A stretch of 64,000 bases of DNA from Clostridiales bacterium (GTDB lineage Bacteria; Bacillota; Clostridia; Christensenellales; Aristaeellaceae): the NCBI GenBank assembly GCA_004556545.1, contig SFGO01000003.1, positions 5,121-69,120 on the forward strand, written 5' to 3'. Of the stretch, positions 51,578 through 61,728 are shown piece by piece (the first letter of the stretch is position 1; each line of letters begins with the position of its first letter). Under the pieces are notes generated by a model. That model was given only the letters and a program-made list of their open reading frames with translations. It was not told the origin of the DNA and searched no databases. The position numbers and the translations under genes are program-made.

Positions 51578-54500
51578 GTGAGAACGCAAGAAGAAGCCGC
51601 CCGGCAGGGCCTGTATCTGCCTCAGATGGAACACGACGCCTGCGGAATTGGAGCCGTGGTCAGCATTGAGGGGCTCAAGACCCGCAGCACGGTAGATCAG
51701 GCGTTGAAAATTGTAGAAAAGCTGGAGCATCGCGCAGGCAAGGACGCCGACGGCAGCACCGGCGACGGCGTGGGCATCATGACGCAGATTCCCCACGCTT
51801 TTTTCAGCCGTCTGGAACTGGGCTTCGACCTGCCCGGCGAGCGGGACTACGGCGTTGGAATGCTGTTTCTGCCCGCCGACCATCTGAAACGGGCGCAGGC
51901 CCGGAAGCTGATGGAGATCGTGACCCAGAAGGAAGGATTGCGGTTTCTGGGCTGGCGAACCGTGCCGGTTTGCCCGGAAGTGCTGGGCGAACGGGCGCGG
52001 GCCTGTATGCCCGTGATCGAGCAGTGCTTTATTGCCCGGCCCGACCGGCTGAAGCAGGGCGTCGACTTTGACCGGCGGCTGTATGTGGTTCGCCGGGCCT
52101 TTGAGCAGAGCAACGCCGATACGTATGTATGCTCGCTGTCCAGCCGCACGGTGGTGTATAAGGGCATGTTTCTGGTCAGCCAGCTGCGCGCCTTTTATCC
52201 GGACCTGCAAAGCGAGGATTTCACCAGCGCCATTGCCATGGTGCATTCCCGTTTTTCCACCAATACCTTCCCCAGCTGGGAACGGGCCCACCCCAACCGG
52301 CTCATCCTGCACAACGGCGAAATCAACACCATCCGCGGCAACGTGGACCGAATGATCGCCCGGGAGGAGACCCTCAGCTCTCCATTGATGGAAAGCGATA
52401 TGGACAAGGTGCTGCCCGTCATCAACGGCGAGGGCAGCGACTCGGCCATGCTGGACAATACGCTGGAATTCCTGATGATGAACGGCGTGCCGCTGCCGCT
52501 GGCCGTGATGATGACCATCCCGGAGCCGTGGCAGAACGAGCGGGATATTTCCCGCACCCGGCGGGATCTGTACCGCTATTACGCCACTATGATGGAGCCT
52601 TGGGACGGCCCTGCCTCCATCCTGTTTTCCGACGGCGACGTGATGGGCGCAGTGCTGGACCGCAACGGACTGCGGCCCTCCCGCTACTATATTACGGATG
52701 ACAACATGCTGGTTCTTTCCAGCGAGGTAGGCGTGCTGGATATTCCGCCGGAGAGGATTGTGAAAAAATCCCGGGTGCGCTCCGGCCAGATGCTGCTGGT
52801 GGATACGGTGCAGAAGCGCATCATCGAGGACGGCGAGCTGAAGGAAGAATACGCCGCCCGCCAGCCCTACGGCGAATGGCTGGACGGCAACCTGCTTTCG
52901 CTCAACGACCTGCCGCTGCCCAACCATGCCATTCCGCCGCTGGAGCAGACCGCCCGGGATCGGCTGTACAAGGCCTTCGGCTATACCTACGAGGACGTGA
53001 AGGAGGTCATCCTTCCCATGGCCCGTACCGGCGCGGAGCCTACGGCTTCCATGGGGGCGGATATTCCGCTGGCCGTGCTTTCGGAAAAGCATCAGGTGTT
53101 ATTTTCCTATTTCCGGCAGCTCTTCGCACAGGTCACCAACCCGCCTATCGACGCCATTCGGGAGAAAATCGTCACCGATACGGCGGTGTACGTGGGCAGC
53201 GACGGCAACCTACTGGAGGACAAGCCGGAGAACTGCGCCGTTCTGCGGCTGGAACAGCCCATTCTGTCCAACGCCGACCTTCTGCGCATCCGCAGCGCAA
53301 AGCAGAAATCCCTGCGGGTAGCGAATATCTCCATTCTGTATTACCGGGCCGAGCCCATCGAACGGGCGCTGAATCATCTGTTTGTGGCCTGCGACCGTGC
53401 CTACAAGAACGGGGCCAATGTGCTTATCCTGTCCGACCGGGGAGTGGATGAAAACCATATGGCGATTCCGTCCCTGCTGGCAGTGTCGGCGCTGGAGCAT
53501 CATCTCATCAATACCCGCCGCCGCACGGCCATCAGCGTGATTCTGGAAACAGCCGACCCGAGGGACGTCCATCATTTCGCCCTGCTGCTGGGCTACGGCG
53601 CTCGAGCCATCAACCCCTATCTGGCGCTGGAATGCGTCGATGAGCTGATCGAAAAGGGGCTGCTGGACAAGGACCGTCATGCCGCCGAGCAGGACTATAT
53701 CGGCGCGGTGGTGCAGGGCGTGAGCAAGGTGGCCTCCAAGATGGGCATTTCCGTTTTGCAGTCCTATCAGAGCGCACAGATTTTCGAGGCCGTGGGCATC
53801 CGTCAGGACGTGATCGACCGCTATTTTACCAACACCGTTTCCCGGGTGGGCGGCATCGGGCTGGAAGAGATCAACGAGGACGTGAAATACCGCCACGACC
53901 GGGCCTTCGATCCGCTGGATCTGGAAACGGATACCACGCTGGATTCGCTGGGCAATCACCGTCTGCGCAGCGGCTGCGATAAGGAAGATCACCTCTACAA
54001 TCCCCAGACCATCGTGACCCTGCAGCGGGCTGTGCGGGAAGGCAGCATGGAGCGGTTCCGCCAGTACACTGCCATGGTGGACGACGAGACAAGGCCCCAT
54101 ACGCTGCGCGGCACGCTGGAATTCGCGTTTGACCAATGCACTCCCGTGCCGCTGGAAGAGGTGGAGCCTGCTTCCGAGATCGTGAAGCGCTTCAAGACCG
54201 GGGCCATGTCCTACGGCTCTATTTCGCAGGAGGCTCACGAATGTCTGGCTGAGGCCATGAACCGGCTGGGAGGACGATCCAATTCCGGCGAGGGCGGCGA
54301 AAGCGAAGAACGGCTGAACACGGAGCGCGGCTCCAAGATCAAGCAGGTCGCCTCCGGCCGCTTCGGCGTGACCAGCGAATACCTGATGAGCGCCGAGGAA
54401 ATTCAGATCAAAATGGCGCAGGGAGCCAAGCCCGGCGAGGGCGGACACCTGCCCGGCAGCAAGGTCTATCCGTGGATTGCCAAAACCCGGCTGTCCACCC

Positions 54501-56095
54501 CCGGCGTGAGCCTGATTTCCCCGCCGCCCCATCATGATATTTATTCCATCGAGGATCTGGCTCAGCTGATTTACGACCTGAAGTGCGCCAACCGGCGGGC
54601 GCGGATCTCCGTCAAGCTGGTCAGCGAGGCGGGCGTAGGCACGGTGGCCGCGGGCGTGGCCAAGGCCGGGGCGCAGGTGATCCTGATTTCCGGCAGCGAC
54701 GGCGGCACCGGCGCGGCGCCCCGCACCTCCATCCACAACGCGGGCCTGCCCTGGGAACTGGGCGTGGCGGAGGCGCATCAGACCCTTTCTCTGAACGGCC
54801 TGCGTTCCCGGGTGGCCATCGAGACCGACGGCAAGCTCATGAGCGGCCGGGACGTGGCCATCGCCTGTATGCTGGGCGCAGAGGAATTCGGCTTTGCTAC
54901 CGCGCCGCTGGTCTGCATGGGCTGCGTGATGATGCGGGTATGCAATCTGGATACCTGCCCGGTGGGCATCGCCACCCAAAACCCGGAGCTTCGCAAACGC
55001 TTCAAGGGCAAACCGGAATATGTGATGAATTTCATACTCTTCATCGCCGAGGAGCTGCGGGAGATCATGGCGCGGCTGGGCGTTCGCAGCGTGAAGGAGC
55101 TGATCGGCCGGGGCGACCTTCTGCGGGTGCGGCAGCATCAGGCCACCCGCCGGGCCGCTTCCATCGATATGAGCCGGATCGTCGGCCATCGCATCAACGA
55201 ATACCGCCGCCCGGAGGACACCTTCGACTTCCACACGGAGAAGACGGTGGACGAACGGGTGCTGCTGAAAAAGCTGAACCTGAAAAGCGTGAAGCCGCAA
55301 AGTACCGAGCTGGAGGTTTCCAGCACCGACCGGGCCTTCGGCACCATCTTCGGCAGCGAAGTGACCCGCGTCCACGGCACGTCTCTGAAGGAAGACACCT
55401 ATACCATCCGGGCGACCGGCGGCGGCGGACAGTCCTTCGGCGCGTTCATCCCCAAGGGCGTGACCATCCGCCTGACCGGCGACAGCAACGACTATTTCGG
55501 CAAGGGCCTGTCCGGCGGCAAGCTGGCGGTTCGTCCCCCGGAAAACGCCCGCTTTCGGGCGGATGAAAACATCATTATCGGCAATGTGGCGCTTTACGGC
55601 GCGACCAGCGGTCAGGCCTATGTCTGCGGCGCGGCAGGCGAGCGCTTTGCCGTGCGCAATTCCGGCGCGGCAGCCGTGGTGGAGGGCGTGGGCGATCATG
55701 GCTGCGAGTACATGACCGGCGGCTGTGTGGCGGTACTGGGCAAGACAGGGCGGAATTTCGCCGCAGGCATGTCCGGCGGCGTGGCCTATGTGCTGGACGA
55801 GAACCACGATCTGTATCTGCGGGTGAACAAGCAGATGGTGGAGATTGAAAAGCTCACGTCCGAGCACGATACGGAGACGCTGCGCAGCATGATCGAGGCC
55901 CATGTTCGGGAAACGGGTTCCGAAAAGGGAAAACGTCTGCTGGATAACTTCGCGGAGTCCGTAAGCAAATTCAAGAAGATCATTCCCCGGGATTTCCGCC
56001 AGATGCTGGGGGCCATCGCCCGCTACGAGGGGCAGGGCCTGACCCGGGAAGAAGCGGAACTGGAAGCGTTCCGGGAAATGTCGGAGGGCAGGTGA
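51578..56095 (+). CDS. gltB: glutamate synthase large subunit
   Basis: N-terminal amidotransferase GLYLPQMEHDACGIGAVV, followed by FMN/Fe-S and GXGXG domains. About 1505 aa. GTG 51578 is preferred, after AAAGGGG and the ANTAR stop. TTG 51554 is the alternative. Confidence 0.93.
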   Translation: MRTQEEAARQGLYLPQMEHDACGIGAVVSIEGLKTRSTVDQALKIVEKLEHRAGKDADGSTGDGVGIMTQIPHAFFSRLELGFDLPGERDYGVGMLFLPADHLKRAQARKLMEIVTQKEGLRFLGWRTVPVCPEVLGERARACMPVIEQCFIARPDRLKQGVDFDRRLYVVRRAFEQSNADTYVCSLSSRTVVYKGMFLVSQLRAFYPDLQSEDFTSAIAMVHSRFSTNTFPSWERAHPNRLILHNGEINTIRGNVDRMIAREETLSSPLMESDMDKVLPVINGEGSDSAMLDNTLEFLMMNGVPLPLAVMMTIPEPWQNERDISRTRRDLYRYYATMMEPWDGPASILFSDGDVMGAVLDRNGLRPSRYYITDDNMLVLSSEVGVLDIPPERIVKKSRVRSGQMLLVDTVQKRIIEDGELKEEYAARQPYGEWLDGNLLSLNDLPLPNHAIPPLEQTARDRLYKAFGYTYEDVKEVILPMARTGAEPTASMGADIPLAVLSEKHQVLFSYFRQLFAQVTNPPIDAIREKIVTDTAVYVGSDGNLLEDKPENCAVLRLEQPILSNADLLRIRSAKQKSLRVANISILYYRAEPIERALNHLFVACDRAYKNGANVLILSDRGVDENHMAIPSLLAVSALEHHLINTRRRTAISVILETADPRDVHHFALLLGYGARAINPYLALECVDELIEKGLLDKDRHAAEQDYIGAVVQGVSKVASKMGISVLQSYQSAQIFEAVGIRQDVIDRYFTNTVSRVGGIGLEEINEDVKYRHDRAFDPLDLETDTTLDSLGNHRLRSGCDKEDHLYNPQTIVTLQRAVREGSMERFRQYTAMVDDETRPHTLRGTLEFAFDQCTPVPLEEVEPASEIVKRFKTGAMSYGSISQEAHECLAEAMNRLGGRSNSGEGGESEERLNTERGSKIKQVASGRFGVTSEYLMSAEEIQIKMAQGAKPGEGGHLPGSKVYPWIAKTRLSTPGVSLISPPPHHDIYSIEDLAQLIYDLKCANRRARISVKLVSEAGVGTVAAGVAKAGAQVILISGSDGGTGAAPRTSIHNAGLPWELGVAEAHQTLSLNGLRSRVAIETDGKLMSGRDVAIACMLGAEEFGFATAPLVCMGCVMMRVCNLDTCPVGIATQNPELRKRFKGKPEYVMNFILFIAEELREIMARLGVRSVKELIGRGDLLRVRQHQATRRAASIDMSRIVGHRINEYRRPEDTFDFHTEKTVDERVLLKKLNLKSVKPQSTELEVSSTDRAFGTIFGSEVTRVHGTSLKEDTYTIRATGGGGQSFGAFIPKGVTIRLTGDSNDYFGKGLSGGKLAVRPPENARFRADENIIIGNVALYGATSGQAYVCGAAGERFAVRNSGAAAVVEGVGDHGCEYMTGGCVAVLGKTGRNFAAGMSGGVAYVLDENHDLYLRVNKQMVEIEKLTSEHDTETLRSMIEAHVRETGSEKGKRLLDNFAESVSKFKKIIPRDFRQMLGAIARYEGQGLTREEAELEAFREMSEGR

Positions 56096-56101
56096 GCGCA
56101 G

Positions 56102-57544
56102 ATGGGAAAGAAAGATGGATTTTTGCTCTATGAACGCCAGAACACTCCGGCGCAGGATCCGTCCGGCCGGATCGGCGGGTTTGCGGAATTTCATACGCCG
56201 CTGCCCCTGCAGGAACGTCGCAGACAGGCAGCGCGCTGCATGAACTGCGGCGTGCCCTTCTGCCAGAGCGGCGTGGAGCTGGGCGGCATGGTGACGGGCT
56301 GTCCGCAGCACAACCTGATCCCGGAATGGAACGATATGCTGTATCTGGGCAATACCCGCCATGCGCTGGATCGCCTGACCAAGACCAACTGTTTTCCGGA
56401 GTTCACGGGGCGGGTCTGCCCGGCGCTCTGCGAAGCGGCCTGCACCTGCGGCCTGAACGGGGACAGCGTGACCGTCCGGGAAAACGAGCTTTCGATCATT
56501 GAGGAAGGCTTTGAGAAAGGCTGGATGCAGCCGCAGCCGCCCCGAACCCGTTCGGGAAAGCGGGTCGCCGTGGTGGGCAGCGGCCCTTCCGGGCTGGCGG
56601 CGGCCTATGTGCTGAACCGCCGGGGGCATTCCGTGACGGTATTCGAGAAGGCTGACCGTCCCGGCGGGCTGCTGATGTACGGCATTCCCAATATGAAGCT
56701 GGATAAGAAGATCGTGCAGCGCCGGGTTCGTCTGATGGAGGCGGAAGGGGTGACTTTCCGCACCGGCACGGCAGTGGGGGAGGATATTTCCGCCGAGGAA
56801 CTGCGCCGGGAGTACGACGCGGTGCTGCTTTGCTGCGGCGCGGGTCAGCCGCGGGATCTGAAGCTGCCGGGTCGGGACGCGGAGGGCGTGTATTTCGCCG
56901 TGGATTTTCTGACCGCAGCCACCCGGCATTTGCTGGACGGTACGCCTGCTATTGACGCCAAGGGAAAGCATGTCGTCATCGTGGGCGGCGGCGACACGGG
57001 CAACGACTGCGTAGGCACCTGTCTCCGCATGGGCTGCGCCAGCGTCACCCAGCTGGAAATGATGCCCAAGCCCCCGGAAAAGCGGCTGGAAAGCAACCCG
57101 TGGCCCGAATGGCCCCGGGTGCTGAAAACGGACTACGGCCAGCAGGAAGCCATTGCGGTTTTCGGACAGGATCCCCGCCTGTTTGAAACGACGGCGCAGG
57201 AGATCCTGAAGGACGAAAAGGGTCATATCCGGGCGCTGAAAACCGTGCGTCTGGCGGGGCGGGAGCCGGTTCCCGGCACGGAGACCGAGCTTCCCTGCGA
57301 CCTTCTGCTGATCGCCGCCGGGTTTGTGGGGTGCATGCCCATGGTGCCGGAAGCGTTCGGCGTGGGCGTGACCGAACGGGGCAGAGTGCTGACGGAGGAC
57401 TACCAGACGGAAGCCTCGGGCGTGTTCTGCGCGGGCGATATGCGGCGCGGACAGTCGCTGGTGGTCTGGGCCATCCGGGAAGGCCGGGAAGCCGCCTGTC
57501 GGATGGATCGTTTCCTGATGGGATACAGCGAATTGGAAGGCTGA
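56102..57544 (+). CDS. gltD: glutamate synthase small subunit (NAD(P)H-dependent)
   Basis: Fe-S motifs C..CG.PFC and CP..C..AC, plus dinucleotide folds VAVVGSGPSGLAAA and VVIVGGGDTGNDC. 480 aa. Confidence 0.93.
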   Translation: MGKKDGFLLYERQNTPAQDPSGRIGGFAEFHTPLPLQERRRQAARCMNCGVPFCQSGVELGGMVTGCPQHNLIPEWNDMLYLGNTRHALDRLTKTNCFPEFTGRVCPALCEAACTCGLNGDSVTVRENELSIIEEGFEKGWMQPQPPRTRSGKRVAVVGSGPSGLAAAYVLNRRGHSVTVFEKADRPGGLLMYGIPNMKLDKKIVQRRVRLMEAEGVTFRTGTAVGEDISAEELRREYDAVLLCCGAGQPRDLKLPGRDAEGVYFAVDFLTAATRHLLDGTPAIDAKGKHVVIVGGGDTGNDCVGTCLRMGCASVTQLEMMPKPPEKRLESNPWPEWPRVLKTDYGQQEAIAVFGQDPRLFETTAQEILKDEKGHIRALKTVRLAGREPVPGTETELPCDLLLIAAGFVGCMPMVPEAFGVGVTERGRVLTEDYQTEASGVFCAGDMRRGQSLVVWAIREGREAACRMDRFLMGYSELEG

Positions 57545-57552
57545 AATAGAAT

Positions 57553-57594
57553 AAGGAAGAGCGGCGCGCCTACAGGAACGCGCCGCTCTTCCTT
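57553..57594. terminator. 16-bp hairpin between convergent gltD and the secreted-protein gene
   Basis: AAGGAAGAGCGGCGCG / CGCGCCGCTCTTCCTT with a 10-nt loop. The U-tracts are poor on both strands. Confidence 0.55.
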
Positions 57595-57686
57595 CGTTGA
57601 CAAGCTTCATCAACGTTTCTGCCCGAAAGATCGGTGAACGACCTTTCGGGCAGCCTTGTTTTATGCGTTTTGAAAAGAAGCCGAGA

Positions 57687-58205
57687 TTATTCGCCCTGAA
57701 TGGAAGCCATCACGAAGGAGAGGATGGCGGCAAAGCCTTCGTCGGACTTCGGAGAGCCTGCAACCTCCAGAACATATCCGGCTTCGGTCGTAAAGGCGAT
57801 GCAGGCGGTGTCGCTTTCTTCCAGAACGTAGGTCACAGCAGGCAGACCATTCACGGTCACGTCCTCCACCTCGGTGGCGCCGTTGTCAGCCAGCGCGGCC
57901 TTGTAGTCTTCCAGAGACATGCCGTCCACATCCGCATACACCACGGCGATGGCGGCGGATTCGTCTTCGGTCATGTAATAGCCGATGTAGCCGCCTTCTT
58001 TGTCCTCGTCGGTCAGCTCCACAGCGGCGAGAACGGTAGGCATCCACATTTTGATGGAAATTTCATCAAAAGTGACGAATTCTCCCTTGGCGATGGTTTC
58101 CGCGCCCTGCTCCTGCAGATCGGCCCAGTTGATCTCCGTGGCAAAGGCCGGAAGAGCGCACAGCATCATGGCAGCGGTCAAAAAAAGGGCAACGAGTTTC
58201 TTCAT
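57687..58205 (-). CDS. secreted hypothetical protein
   Basis: GAGGAGG RBS. Signal peptide MKKLVALFLTAAMMLCALPAFA. The 172-aa product is acidic. Confidence 0.6.
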   Translation of the reverse strand: MKKLVALFLTAAMMLCALPAFATEINWADLQEQGAETIAKGEFVTFDEISIKMWMPTVLAAVELTDEDKEGGYIGYYMTEDESAAIAVVYADVDGMSLEDYKAALADNGATEVEDVTVNGLPAVTYVLEESDTACIAFTTEAGYVLEVAGSPKSDEGFAAILSFVMASIQGE

Positions 58206-58351
58206 GGGTATTTCCTCCTCAGTATGGTGACAGCGCACTGTCAAATGATCGTTTGTCAGGCGTCGCCTTATCCGCGAAGCGCACCCTTAACGATGAGGAA
58301 ATGATACCACCGCGACACCCGGACCGCAACTGTACCATAGTACAGTCTGTC

Positions 58352-60712
58352 CTACAGGATATGGAGTGCCTGAGCGATCTGTACGGCGTCGACCAGATTT
58401 TTGGCGTCCAGCTTTCGGTAGTTCTGCGAAGCGTGATATTTGACGGTTCGGGGCGTAATGTGCAGCTTTTCTGAGATTTCCTTTGCGGTATAACCGGCCG
58501 CCTGCAAGCGCAAAACCTGAAGCGCCGTCTCCGAAAAAGCGGAAATGTCGATCCCCATTCCCTGCAAATATTGGGGGTAAAGCTGCGCCATGCGTTCGGT
58601 TTCCCGCATCGTCTGCTGAAACCATTCCGCCAGTTTGGGATGATTTTGGCAAAAGGCTGTCTTGATCTCCGCCAGCATCGGTAGGATGGCCGCCCCTTTT
58701 TCGCTGATGATGGGAACGAAATGGTATTCGCCGACTTTCAGCAGGGTCTGAACGAATTCCTCTTTCCACGGCTTTCCGGTTCGCCGCAGAATGACGGCGT
58801 TCAAAAGCCGGCAGTCCATCTGGATATAGGTGCGCTGCGCATAATCGGCATACAGAAGCATCCGCCGGATCAGCGCCTGCGCGTCCGTATGCTTGCCGAG
58901 CGCGATATAGCCATAGATTTTGGTCATATACAGATAACGGTTCAGCGTGCAGAATTCCACGGTCTCGTCCGGGACTCTTTCCATCCAGGAGCGGATTTTT
59001 CCCGTTTCATTTTGGTAAAGCCCCAGCCAGCAGGAAAATGCGCTGACGGAATCAGACAGGTGGGACAGCCCTTCCCGCTCGCATCGCTGGAGCATTCCGG
59101 CTGCCAGCCTCCGGGCGTATTCCATATCGCCCGTGCTTAGGGCAAGCCTTGCCTGAAGGGCAATATCGACCCACAGCATTTCGACGATGCCGTTGTTCTC
59201 GCATTGATTCTGCGCTTTGGTCAGACGGCTGAGCACCTTGAAGCGGTCTTCGCCTTTTTCATAGGCGCTTTCTCCCAATGCAGTCTGTACCAGACCGATG
59301 CCCGCCTTCCCAAGCATTTTCTCCACCACAGGGCCCAGCGTGTTGGCCAGAAACAGATCCGTTTTGCTCCATTCGCAGAAATCCTTGCCGCCGTTCATGA
59401 GGCTGGGCTGATTGTTGGTCAGGGATACGGGCCGGAGAACATTCCCGCTGCCGTGCAGTGCGCTGAAGAGGGTGGGCAGGATGCGGGCAATTTCTCGCGA
59501 ACCCCTGTGCGGAAGGACGATATCAAGATAAAAAACCTGCCCATTGGCCTCGCTGCGGGCATTGCCCCGGGAGGCAGCGGCATATTCTTTCAGGCGCTGG
59601 TACCAGTATTCGCTTTTTTCCGTGTTCATCAGCACGGAATATAGGACGCTCAGCGCGCTCATCAGAACCGGTTCGTTTTGGACGTCCTCCTCTGAAAGCG
59701 CCTGATAGTATTGCCTCAGCGCCCAGTAGCTGCCGACGCCCGGATGCTTCCGCGCTTCCCGGAGCAAAAGGGAACGGATGCTGTCCGCGTCGCCGCAGCG
59801 CTGATAGAGCCTGAGCGCCCGCATCGTCTGACCGCTGGTTTCACAGTATCGTCCCGCATTGTACATCAGCTGATAGATGCATTTGTGCCCAAAAACCACT
59901 AAAGCCTGTTCCCGCAGCGCTTCCAGCAGTACCGGACGAATGTGCCATTCTCCGCCGTCGCATTGGAGGATATTGCCGGCCTGTTCCGCACGATGGAGCA
60001 GCGAAGCGGCGTCGTCCTCTCCGGTGATGGCTTCCGCCAGTTCCAGCGTAAAAGCGTCTACAACGCTGACCTGCATCAGAAAGCTTCGGATATCCTCCTT
60101 CCAATGGCTGATGACGTCCGATTGGAGATAATCCATGAAAACTCTTTTGATGTCGGCTTCCAGAGCATTTCCGTCGGCGGCTCCCTGCTGGATCCGGCGA
60201 AGAAAAAGATTCAGCGCCATGATATTTCCTTCAGTTGTCTCCAGCCATAGCCGGATCCGTTCCGGGGAAAGCTTCAGGCCCACAGAAGGGCAGAACTCCG
60301 CTAATTCGTCGGCGGTAACGCGCAGATCGTCCTCCGGGATCACTATGATTTTGGCCTGAAGCGCCAGAGAAGAAGCCCATGCGGGCAAAGAAGCGCGGCC
60401 GATCAGCACCATTCGGCAGCCCTCCTTGCCGATCATTGGAACGAGCTTTTGGGGCAGGGTATCGCCCTCCACACCATGAAGGTCATCCAATATGGTATAT
60501 TCATCGGCGGTGCAGTGCGAAAGTTTTTCCATCAGCACCTCTTCCGGCTCCGTCCCGCTGATCCAGCGCGTGGAAGCACGGTCAAAAACCTGCGCTGCGA
60601 CGCTTGTTTTGCCAAAACCCGTCGCGCCGCAGAGATAGACGCTCATTTTCAGTTCCTTTGCCGCCTGAAGTTTTTTCGGGGCTTTTTTTGCAAACCAGAT
60701 CTGCTTGTCCAA
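58352..60712 (-). CDS. LuxR-family large ATP-binding (MalT/LAL-type STAND) transcriptional regulator
   Basis: TTG start after GGGAGGAG. N-terminal P-loop CGATGFGKTS, a long helical/TPR-like middle region, and a C-terminal GerE/LuxR HTH LQVLRLQAAGYTAKEISEKLHITPRTVKYHASQNYRKLDAKN. 786 aa. Confidence 0.8.
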   Translation of the reverse strand: MDKQIWFAKKAPKKLQAAKELKMSVYLCGATGFGKTSVAAQVFDRASTRWISGTEPEEVLMEKLSHCTADEYTILDDLHGVEGDTLPQKLVPMIGKEGCRMVLIGRASLPAWASSLALQAKIIVIPEDDLRVTADELAEFCPSVGLKLSPERIRLWLETTEGNIMALNLFLRRIQQGAADGNALEADIKRVFMDYLQSDVISHWKEDIRSFLMQVSVVDAFTLELAEAITGEDDAASLLHRAEQAGNILQCDGGEWHIRPVLLEALREQALVVFGHKCIYQLMYNAGRYCETSGQTMRALRLYQRCGDADSIRSLLLREARKHPGVGSYWALRQYYQALSEEDVQNEPVLMSALSVLYSVLMNTEKSEYWYQRLKEYAAASRGNARSEANGQVFYLDIVLPHRGSREIARILPTLFSALHGSGNVLRPVSLTNNQPSLMNGGKDFCEWSKTDLFLANTLGPVVEKMLGKAGIGLVQTALGESAYEKGEDRFKVLSRLTKAQNQCENNGIVEMLWVDIALQARLALSTGDMEYARRLAAGMLQRCEREGLSHLSDSVSAFSCWLGLYQNETGKIRSWMERVPDETVEFCTLNRYLYMTKIYGYIALGKHTDAQALIRRMLLYADYAQRTYIQMDCRLLNAVILRRTGKPWKEEFVQTLLKVGEYHFVPIISEKGAAILPMLAEIKTAFCQNHPKLAEWFQQTMRETERMAQLYPQYLQGMGIDISAFSETALQVLRLQAAGYTAKEISEKLHITPRTVKYHASQNYRKLDAKNLVDAVQIAQALHIL

Positions 60713-61008
60713 GATGCTCCTCCCGGTATGATCGAACGTCGGAGCCGTATCCTTCGCAGCCTGCGGCGGATACGGCTATGAATACCTGAAAAAACGGCTT
60801 GCGGTGTTGAAACGGCTGCTCCAAAAGGAGCGCGGATGGCCGCCGTGTGTTTTCATCCGTTCAGGCCGCTCCATTATAGCACGGAAAGGGAAATACTGCT
60901 ATTTCCGAATGACATGGAAGTACGTTCTGCTTGCAGGCAGCAGAAACAGACCTTGGACAGAGCGGCTGAGGGGGCTGAAATTTTTTTGCCTAAAAAGATA
61001 AAAGACGG

Positions 61009-61037
61009 TTGACAGCAGAAGGAGAGTATGGTAGTAT
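61009..61037 (+). promoter_or_regulatory. extended -10 promoter of the DUF3793-flavodoxin operon
   Basis: TTGACA (61009-61014), 17-nt spacer ending in TGG, TAGTAT (61032-61037). Confidence 0.55.
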
Positions 61038-61045
61038 GAATTTGC

Positions 61046-61119
61046 GGTTAGTTGAGTTTAACCGAAGGAACTCCGAAACAGGAGCTTTCTTTTGGGAGGC
61101 TGGTTAAACACAACTAACC
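61046..61119 (+). promoter_or_regulatory. 74-nt structured 5' leader element (long closing helix plus internal hairpins)
   Basis: GGTTAGTTGAGTTTAACC (61046-61063) pairs with GGTTAAACACAACTAACC (61102-61119). That gives 17 bp with a single A.A mismatch. The helix encloses CTCC-gaaaca-GGAG and CTTTC-tttt-GGGAG mini-hairpins. The SD AAGGAGGG follows 4 nt later. Confidence 0.45.
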
Positions 61120-61138
61120 AAAGAAGGAGGGATGGAAA

Positions 61139-61699
61139 ATGACGAAACGCTTTGAGAAAACGCTGATTGGCCATTGCGCGGCAACGCTGGCAGGGCATAA
61201 GTGCGGCAGTTTGTTTTCGTACCATTTGGCGGCGGGGGAAACGATGGAAGAAAATTTGAACCCGGTCAATCTCCATCTTTCCGAAAAGGGTGTGCGTGTC
61301 CGGCTGCTGAGGGGATGCGCACGGGGCGGTCTATTGTATGTATACCGCCCGCGAAAGCTGGCGAGACGGCTGGAGGATCCTGCGGTCCGTGATTTTCTCT
61401 CCGCGCAGGGCTACACGGATTTCTCCGGGGAGGGCTGTCTCGCCACGCTGACGCGCCGTCTGGCTCAGTGTGAGGATTTTCCCCATGAGATCGGCGTCTT
61501 TCTGGACTATCCGCTGGAAGATGTGATCGGCTTCATCCGCAACCGGGGCAGCGGGTTCTGCTGTCTGGGCTGCTGGAAGGCCTATTCCAACGCCGAAGCG
61601 GCGGAAAAGACCTTCGCGCTGTACCGCAAATGCCGGGAAGTTTATTTGAACTGTTACGGCAAAGGTTTCGATGTCGCGCGGCTGACGGTAGCCGCTTGA
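61139..61699 (+). CDS. DUF3793-family protein
   Basis: 186 aa. HCAATLAGHKCGSLF...FPHEIGVFLDYPLEDVIGFI...CLGCWKAY is typical of DUF3793, a family usually found next to flavodoxin genes in Clostridia. Confidence 0.7.
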   Translation: MTKRFEKTLIGHCAATLAGHKCGSLFSYHLAAGETMEENLNPVNLHLSEKGVRVRLLRGCARGGLLYVYRPRKLARRLEDPAVRDFLSAQGYTDFSGEGCLATLTRRLAQCEDFPHEIGVFLDYPLEDVIGFIRNRGSGFCCLGCWKAYSNAEAAEKTFALYRKCREVYLNCYGKGFDVARLTVAA

Positions 61700-61728
61700 C
61701 ATACTATGATCAATCAGGAGGAAAGAAG

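Noticed and set aside
53210-57613. 1467-aa minus-strand ORF spanning gltB and gltD
   Set aside because: It is antisense to two genes with unmistakable GOGAT motifs. Its translation is low-complexity and Arg/Gly/Ala/Pro/His-rich, with no recognisable domain. This is the typical shadow ORF of high-GC coding DNA.
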